A DNA stretch of 63,418 bases, counting the filler, from Octopus bimaculoides (taxonomy: Eukaryota), in assembly GCF_001194135.2 (NCBI RefSeq). It is 7 parts of 7 records of this genome, joined end to end, with 100 filler letters (N's around TTAATTAATTAA, not from the genome) between each part and the next. Parts side by side here need not be neighbours in the genome. Positions count along the whole stretch, not along the records: positions 51,462 to 62,255 come from NC_068984.1; positions 62,356 to 63,418 come from NW_026324893.1; 5 more parts are not named here. One strand, given 5' to 3'. This document shows positions 54,761 through 63,418 of the stretch, one piece after another; the stretch's first letter is position 1, and each line of letters opens with the position of its first letter. The notes beneath the pieces are model-generated. The model made no database searches. It saw only the letters and a list, made by a program, of their open reading frames with translations, and was not told the origin of the DNA. The position numbers and the translations under genes are program-made.

Positions 54761-56622
54761 TTGATACCTTGGGTATTGGTTATTGTAAATGTTGTTGTTG
54801 TAATTGTTGTTTAGATCCAGGTCAGCCTTGATTGAATAGAACAAAAAGATCAGATGTTTAAGGGCACTCCAGGTCTTTCTAGGGACATCTAGGACTACAA
54901 TATCTAATGTTATCTTGGTAATTTTTCGAAAAGGTAGCACATGTAATTTGAGGGTTTCATAGAGAATCGACTGCTATTTCTAGCAAATTTATCAACCATG
55001 TAGAGCAGTGGTTCTCAACCATTTTTTGCCCCCAAGTGGAGGTGTATGGCTTAGAGGTTAGGGTGTTGGACTCATGATTGTAAGATTGTGGTTTCAATCC
55101 CTGGACTGAGCAATGCATTGTGTTCTTGAGCAAAACACTTCATTTCATGTTGCTCCAGTCCACTCAGCTGGCAAAAATGAGTAATCCTGCGATGGACTGG
55201 TGTCCCATCCAGGTGGGGAATATACACACCATGAAACCAGAGAACTGGCCCTTATGAGTCAGTGTGACTCAAGAAGGTAACTTTACATTTTTAAAATTTT
55301 TTGCCCATGGACCCCTTTGCTTCTTATTTTACTGAGATGGACCTTATGGCTAATTGCTGATTTTAAAAAATCACATCATACTTTTATCATTAAATATTAT
55401 TTAAATGGCAAGCTGGCTGAATCATTGGCATGGTGGACAAAATGCTTAATGATATTTCATCCATCTTTACATTGTGAGTTGAAATTCTGCTGTGGTTTCA
55501 TCCTTTCATCCTTTCGGGGGGTTGGTAAAATAACTACCAGTTGAGTGCTGGGGGTCGATGTAATCAACTTAACCCCTCCCCCAAATTGCTAGTCTTGTTC
55601 CAAAATTTGAAATCATTATAAAATATTATCAAGAATTGTATATGATAAATTGTTAAAATGTTTTGTGTATTGAGACAGTATAACTGATTTATTGTGCATA
55701 AATTTCAACAACAAAATCATATATGAATTTCTAAGTGTCATATTGGACCCCCTAAGGGCCATATGGTCCTTGATTGAGAATCACTGATGTAGAAGTTCCC
55801 TTTATTGCCTAATCACCTGCAGTATGGTATAATTGCATATTGTATAATGCATTGAGAAGTTGATTGCTTCTCCATGCTTTGATATATATTCCTCGGAGAG
55901 GGACAGTAAGCATGATTGGCTGAATTTTTGATTGGGTTATAGATTCCCAAGCTTTCTTTACCATGGAATCCTTACAGGATTTTTCATGTTAGGGTTCCAG
56001 TTCTATATTAATAATCATTTGGAACTCCAAAGAATAGCAATATTCGCATCAAGTAATGTTGTCCTCATTGCATCATGAAAACAGAATTTCTTCATCTCAC
56101 AAGTGGTGCCTGATCTGTTAGAAATAATAACCAAATCTTGGCAGAATTTGAACTACTGCTAAGCATTTTGCCTGGCATAGTAATAATCCTTTCTACTATA
56201 GGTACAAGGCCTGAAATTTTGGGGGAGGGGGCAAGTCAATTACATCAACCCCAGTGCATAACTGGTACTTATTTCCTTGACTCTGAATGGATGAAAGGCA
56301 AAGTCAACCTCAGCAGAATTTGAACTCAGAACATAAGGACAGATGAAAAGCCACTAAGCATTTTGCTCAGTGCACTAACAATTCTGCTAGCTCACTACCT
56401 TAAATAATAATAATAATAATAATCCTTTCTACTATTGGCACAAGGCCTGAAATTTTGTGGGAGGGGGTAAGTTGATTACATTAACCCCAGTACTGAACTT
56501 TCATTGACCCCGAAAGGATGAGAGGCAAAGTTCACCTCAGCAGAATATGAACCCAGAATGTGAAGACAGACAAGATGCTACTAAACATTTTATCCAATGT
56601 GCTAATGAAGAGCAACAACAAC

Positions 56623-56656
<34 letters not shown>

Positions 56657-56731
56657 GTAATAATAATAATAATAGTAATAATAATAATAGTAATAATAAT
56701 AATAATAATAATAATAGTAGTAGTAATAATA

Positions 56732-56812
<81 letters not shown>

Positions 56813-57637
56813 ATAATAATAATGATAGTAGTAATAATAATAGTAGTAGTAATAATAATAATAGTAATAATCTTTTACTTAGGTACAAATTCAGAAATTT
56901 CAGGATGAGATATAGTGAATTTTATTGCTTCCACTTAACTTGTAGTTTGTTTTATCAACCCAGAAAGAGTGAAAGGCAAGGTAGAACTTGGTGTGATTTG
57001 AACTCAGAGCTGAAAGAAATGTCACAAAGTATTTCGTCTAATATATCCAATGAGTTTGCTAATCTATCCATTTTGTAGCACCACCAATAGTAATGGGTTT
57101 TCTCAGTGAGGCACAAGACCAACAGTTTTGAGGGGAGGGGGAAATAGTCAACACATATTGACTTCAGTATTTGACTGGTACTTTATTGACCCAGAAAGAC
57201 GAAAGGTAAACTTGACCTCGGCAGGATTTGAACACAGAATGTAAAGAGCTGGAAGAAATACCGTAAAACAATTATTCAATGATCCTGCTAGCACCAATAA
57301 TAATAAAAAAATATTTCAGAAAAATCATACCCAACCTTATGCCTCATTATATTTGCAAGTAAAAAACCCACTAAATCATGCAGGAAATTATGTTTTCTTG
57401 CTTTCTTCAATTCACATTTGAAGCTCTTAGCTACGATAATGGATTATGTTTTAGGACAAACCAATACTCTATAAAGGTCATGTAGTAGATGCCAATCAAA
57501 GGATACTGACATTTATCAGAGTCTATCCTCCTATTAAACAAACATTTCTGTAGCATGTTAAACAACCGTAATACCAATACAAGCAGTTGCTTTCATTTTC
57601 ATACGTCTATTAGAAAAAATATGGGAGAAGTTAAGAA

Positions 57638-58162
57638 ATACGGAGATTTTACCATTTGTAGACATAATATGGTTTTGGGTTTGAGAAAGGATTATGAAAT
57701 GGTATTNNNNNNNNNNNNNNNNNNNNNNNNNNNNNNNNNNNNNNNNNNNNNNNNNNNNNNNNNNNNNNNNNNNNNNNNNNNNNNNNNNNNNNNNNNNNNN
57801 NNNNNNNNNNNNNNNNNNNNNNNNNNNNNNNNNNNNNNNNNNNNNNNNNNNNNNNNNNNNNNNNNNNNNNNNNNNNNNNNNNNNNNNNNNNNNNNNNNNN
57901 NNNNNNNNNNNNNNNNNNNNNNNNNNNNNNNNNNNNNNNNNNNNNNNNNNNNNNNNNNNNNNNAATACGGAGATTTTACCATTTGTAGACATAATATGGT
58001 TTTGGGTTTGAGAAAGGATTATGAAATGGTATACGGAGATTTTACCATTTGTAGACATAATATGGTTTTGGGTTTGAGGAAGGATTATGAAATGGTATAC
58101 GGAGATTTTACCATTTGTAGACATAATATGGTTTTGGGTTTGAGAAAGGATTATGAAATGGT
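57638..58162. repeat. 66-bp minisatellite (4 sequenced units, ~8 if the gap is filled)
   Basis: Unit ATACGGAGATTTTACCATTTGTAGACATAATATGGTTTTGGGTTTGAGAAAGGATTATGAAATGGT at 57638, 57965, 58031 and 58097. The intervening gap is about 4 units long. Confidence 0.95.
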
Positions 58163-58423
58163 ATTAGTACTGAAGGTAATGCACACCTGATGTTATAGAA
58201 ATGGTAAATGGTGAAAATAAAGACAAGTTTGGGAAAAACAGATGCCAAAGAATGAATGTTGTTGCAGGCTTTTCTTGCAGGAGATGGATGTCAGAGTGAT
58301 CTTGATGGTGATGATGTTGATGATGACAATAAAGATAATGATGACGGCAATAAAGATAATGATGATGACGCCAGTAATAACAATGTTGATGAGGATGATG
58401 ATGATAAAGAAACAAAGTCTTAC

Positions 58424-59475
58424 CTTGACATCACCAAGAATAACAGACACATCGCCTTGCTTACGGCGCTCATCAATCTCTTGTAAGTGACGGAGCTCTT
58501 CTCTTCTCTGAGACGACAACTTATAAGCTTCTTCTCTCGGCATCGGTTTTATCAAAGACCGTGTCTTGATAATATTAATGTCGGGGAGACTACCAGGATT
58601 ACAAACTTTAGTTAAATTCCTTTGGCTTTCAATAGTGTAAGATTTAATTGGCACCCCACTGTCAGTGGGATTTTGTCTGTTGGTCTCTGTTTTGATTCTT
58701 TTCCTTATACCATTTTCAATGACAATTGTCTCTGGGTTCTTAGTCGCCAAGTTTTCACTACTGACTGCTGCCTGATTTTCTTTTAAATGCTGTTTCTCAG
58801 TCTCGGCTTCTTCATCTCGCTTAATTATGCAGGGCAGCGTACGGCGCCTCTGCAATGGACGGTGTTTGCTATCCTCTTCCATTGTTTCCGACACTCCTGA
58901 ATCTGGTGAGGTATCACTTGCAGGACCACAACTCCGCTGCTGCTGCTGTTGCTGTTGCTTTAATTGTTGTTGATGATGATGACGTTGCTGCTGCTGATGA
59001 CTGGCCGTATTCAGAAGGTCTCTGCCCAAGCTATCATCTTTGACGGCTGAACAATACTGATCAAAATGGTCGTTCAGAATCGTAGAGTTGAATAATTCAC
59101 TGAATCCTCTTCCTCTTCTTGAGCCTGCAAGAAAACTATACCTACGAATTTTCAAAGATGGGCTACGAGAAGGTTGAGTGTTTGATATTGCAGTTTTTTC
59201 AGTGTTTCGTGTGGCAGATAACTGGGTGTGTGGATAGGCATCATTTAAATAGTTCATACCATCTGGCATACCAGGGTTGTAGCTGCCTGGAAGAGTAGAA
59301 TCAAGGCCAGCGGTTAATCCAATGTGGGAAGACTCCATTAAGTTATCTGGTGACTGATGCCCCATTATATTTTTTGACCTTTGATGTGCAGAATGGTTAT
59401 TTGGAAGAATCTTCATATGGCAATATTCATTATCTTCTGGGTTTTCTTGTAATTTCTTATTCAAAATATCAGTTC
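58424..59475 (-). CDS. Large coding exon of an uncharacterised protein (Ser/Pro-rich, poly-Q/His tract, charged helical C-terminal part)
   Basis: Open frame of ~350 codons with normal, non-microsatellite composition (e.g. PLQRRRTLPCIIK, SLPDINIIK, REEAYKLSSQRREELRHLQEIDERRKQGD). Bounded by acceptor TCTTTCCCCTCCTAG| (exon starts 59475) and donor GTCAAG|GTAAGA (58424/58423). The Ile-rich end of the 423-aa track ORF is intronic (ATC)n read-through. First in-frame ATG is at 59416. Confidence 0.85.
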
Positions 59476-62054
59476 CTAGGAGGGGAAAGAAATATAAAAA
59501 AGAAAATTAGAATGTTTGAAAGAATTATTTCATCAGTTTAGATAGAAAAAAAATTGAAGAATAACTTCTTAAATGTTATTAAGCATTATAAGTATTATAA
59601 GCATAGGTATGGCTGTGTAGTGAAGAAGTCTGCTGCCCAACAATGAAGTTTTGGGTTCAGTCTTACTGAATGGCACCTTGGGTAAGTGTCTTCTATAATA
59701 GACATGTGTTGACCAAAAACCTTGCAATGGATTTGGTAGACATTTTGTGTGTATACACATGCACACACACACATGTGCGTATATGTGAATGCATGTTTGT
59801 GCATGTACATGCATGCCGGTGTCTGTGTATTTGTTTACATCTGTGCTCTATAAAAGTTCAAAAGTCACTACATGCAGAGTTGCTGTTGTTTCTGTCAACA
59901 AATCACCTACCTACTTGCTGCACACCACCAAAGACATGTAAAAGAAGGGATCCTTACTTGAAAAATAGTAAGGATTAGTGACAGGAAGGGCAACCAGATA
60001 TAAGCCAGTGCTTCAATAATAAATGAAGCATTAGTTTGAGGCAGAAAAGAGAAAATTATAGGAATTATACCATGTGTTTATCAGTTGCTGTTAATAATTA
60101 TGAGTAATAATTTCTTACATTGGTATGATGCCATTGATCAAAAAAATAATTATGAAATATATTTCCAAGATCATGCTTTCTTTAAAAATATTAAATAAGT
60201 TTTGGTGGAGAACTGGAATAGAGTCGTGGATTTGTCTTTCTAAAAAACCAACCAGTCTTTTAAGCTGTTTTGCTTCATAAAATGTTTCATTTAGTACAAC
60301 CTGTTTGGCTAGGGTCATGTCATGCTGAAGATTTCAAATAAGGATGAAATGGCACTATATATGGCTATCTGTGATAAAAAGGAATATTAAATTCATATAT
60401 TCAGTTTTATCTTCTCTGTTACTATTCAAGTTAAAATTCAGACTTCTATATCCACGATTTCTTGGGACTGATTATATCCCTAACAATAACTGTCATAACA
60501 TGTAGCACTGTTTTACTCAAAATGGGGAAAATGTTTTTTTTTAAATTTGCAAAGATAATCTGGATCTCGACTGAGGAAAAAAATCTCTGAATGACCTGTC
60601 CTTGTTTTCTTTGTATCGTCTATCTGGATGTTTTGTTGTCCCTTTCTTGTATCACCTAACTGTCTGGATGTTTTGCATTCTTGTCCCATTTTATATTATT
60701 TATATATATATATAAGTTAATGAATATATGTCTCTGTGTGCATACCCTTGACATTGCAGGATAGTTGTAAATGAGCATCACCATCAAATAAGCAATGTTT
60801 TTCATTTTCAGTATGGCAAAATGTGTTTGATCACAGGGAAACAGGTGAAGGTTGGTGATAGGAAGAGCATCCAACCATAGGAAATCTTCCTCAATGAATT
60901 TCATGCAGCATGAAAAAGTGGGTGTTAAAACGATGATGATAATGATAATGATGACTGGAAATCTGGCCCAAATGTTTGGAACAAAGTGAACTTTACTAAA
61001 AGCATCTGTATGAATGGTGGTGATATAGAACAGGGTCATGGTTTAAGTCTGCTATACACACATAAAGTAAAACAAGTCAAATGTTTTTATATAAGCAAAG
61101 AGTATATTTGGAGTAACACCAATATTAAAACTTGTATCTGTAATAAATCTTGGTGTGTGCTGTCAATGAAAGAAAGTGTAAATTCATTTTGGTATGAACT
61201 GAATATGTAACGATATGATAATGCATTAAAAATGAATTAATATATCATCATTTATGGATTTCATTATCACTTAATTATTCTTTTCCTCATGCTTTTAATT
61301 ATATTTTGATTTCCATACTAAGTGGATCGCCATCAGTTTTGATGATGATTGTACAGTTGTTTGATCAGCTAAACTAACTGCTCATTTAATTAGTATACAA
61401 GTGGCTGAGTATCCCATAGATATGCTTGCTCTTGGAATAAATTTCGTGCAGAATCAACATGACAATAGTGAGAAAGCTGGATGTATTTTGATCAGGATTC
61501 TACATTTTTTTTTTTTCACAACTTAGATTTATTCTCACAGCTTATGTTGATCTGAGGCAATGGTAAAAGATACATGTGCATGATGTATAGTGGTTGGATT
61601 GAACCTGAGACCATGTGGTTGTGATGCAAAATACTTAACCATTCAACCATGCTGCTTTCAGTAAACACACACACATATATATGCATGGTTGTATGCATGC
61701 AAATGTATAAATATGCTTATATATATATTTATGTGTATGTGTGTAATGTATATTGTCTGGTTATATACATACACACACACACATACATACACACACACAC
61801 ACATACACACACATACACACACACACACACACATATAAATGAATAAAGGAGGCCACTAGGTGGACTGCTAATGTGCTGGAATGCATGCCTCCTTTATATA
61901 TATTTTTATATGTACATATACAATAATCCTTTGAGATCTCAGATATTTTTTCTGAATCTGCTTGATTCTTTTAATGTGCTTGTTACCTGGTATTAAATTG
62001 ATAGTAATTAATATCCAATTTTTTACCCTATTGTTTAATTTCCCACTATTTACT

Positions 62055-62091
<37 letters not shown>

Positions 62092-63245
62092 GTTTGTGCC
62101 TGTGTGTGTGTGTATTTACACAAAGCCAACCCATGGAAAATGGATGCTAAATGATGTTGCTGATGATATATATATATATCTATATTTATTCATACATACA
62201 GACATACACATACACACACACACACACATCTATCTATCTATCTATCTATCTATATNNNNNNNNNNNNNNNNNNNNNNNNNNNNNNNNNNNNNNNNNNNNT
62301 TAATTAATTAANNNNNNNNNNNNNNNNNNNNNNNNNNNNNNNNNNNNNNNNNNNNGACCATAGTCTCAAAACGTGTGAAGGAGATTCAGATGAGAAGAAT
62401 AGAAACAGTATATTACTGGTACTTAAAGTCTTCAACCAGTGGTGGGATGGTGTGTAAAGTTAATCCAAACAATATGTCATGGGTGGATTGTCTTAGATTC
62501 TACGTTTTATAGATCAGGGTGGAATCGGGATTAAACAGCTACAACTACACCAATACCTCCCTTCGTATGCAAAAGACAACACCACTGTCACTATGACCCC
62601 AACCACCTTCACTTCCACAAACTACACCACCAACACCACAACTAGAGCCTATGCCAACGCCACTACCTTCATCATCAACACTACCACAACCACAACTACC
62701 ACCACCCTACATAATTCTGCTCAGTCCAACTCCACGATTTATTCAAATGCCTTGCCTTGGGCCCTTAATGGAATCAGTGAAATACCGTGGTGGGCTAGAT
62801 TTATCTGGTAGTTTATTTATTGACCCTAAAAGAATTTAATTTCAGCTGGATTTGATCTCAGAACAGAGAGAGCCGGAACAATTACTTCAAAGTTGTCAAT
62901 TGGCTACCGTAATGACTCGATAGAAAAAGCAGCTAAACTTCCCTCATCTCACACCTTGATGTCATAAGAAATAAAGGATATTGTGAATTATGTGATTATA
63001 TCTTGACCCTCACCCAAAAGACTGGATGGTCATGGCTAGAATGTTTTCTTCATTAGAGATTATTTCAGAGCTAAACACCACCTAGGATTAGAACTCACTT
63101 CTAAAAATCAAGTGTTCACTAGAAATAGCGCAAGATATGCGTAATTCTGCATTCGAGGTAAAAAGAGCCCTGATGTAATGTATTAGATCCATTTGTTTTT
63201 ACATGTAACCTTTTTTATATTTCTATTATTTTTTCCTCTCTTTCT

Positions 63246-63368
63246 GTACAATGAACATCCTGATGAAGGGAGTGTCTAATTTCTAATATGAGTACTACAC
63301 CATATTAACAGACACATCTCAGAAACGGTCCCTAGATGAAAACTTTTAACATTACCTATGTATTGTAC
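63246..63368 (+). ncRNA. Degenerate hammerhead-like motif (Penelope-type 3' end)
   Basis: CAUC CUGAUGA (63260-63266), long stem II (GUGUCU/AGACAC, UAAUAUG/CAUAUUA), GAAAC (63322-63326), then GGUCCCUA GAUG. CAUC/GAUG forms stem I, and GUACAAU/AUUGUAC extends it distally. Stem III has a C:C mismatch. Confidence 0.4.
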
Positions 63369-63418
63369 GTTTTTTTTTTGATATGGTATATATACATATC
63401 CTTTTCTAATGTACACGT

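Noticed and set aside
57638-58162. CRISPR-like reading of the regular repeat
   Set aside because: Head-to-tail identical units with no spacers, in a eukaryotic context with no cas genes.
58193-58423. Hydrophobic Ile-rich C-terminus of the 423-aa ORF resembling a TM segment
   Set aside because: It lies beyond the GTAAGA donor and is an (ATC)n-like intronic repeat.
60115-60318. 67-aa minus ORF ending at a GTAAGA donor as an upstream coding exon of the 59-kb gene
   Set aside because: The phase is incompatible with the 59475 acceptor, and the compatible frame would create TGA at the junction. It could only be UTR.

Overview
AT-rich, microsatellite-dense animal genomic DNA with many assembly gaps. 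It is almost certainly cephalopod (Octopus-like), inferred from the protocadherin motifs and repeat families. Two real coding exons lie on the minus strand. The first is a single large exon encoding a whole protocadherin (signal peptide, 6 cadherin repeats, TM helix, short tail; 22472-24895). The second is a ~1.05 kb exon of an unidentified low-complexity/poly-Q protein (58424-59475). The rest is intronic or intergenic: tRNA-derived SINEs of at least three families, decayed mariner, maT (DD37D), L1/Tx1, Penelope-like and LTR remnants, fold-back elements and simple repeats. The most notable unannotated signal is a set of minimal type-I hammerhead ribozyme motifs of the Penelope/retrozyme kind. 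One well-formed copy sits inside a 286-bp near-perfect palindrome (34990-35275) with a mirror copy on the other strand, and several decayed copies are scattered across the window. Almost all other ORFs in the track are microsatellite or N-gap artefacts. All alignments and folds were done by eye; none was computed or searched against a database.
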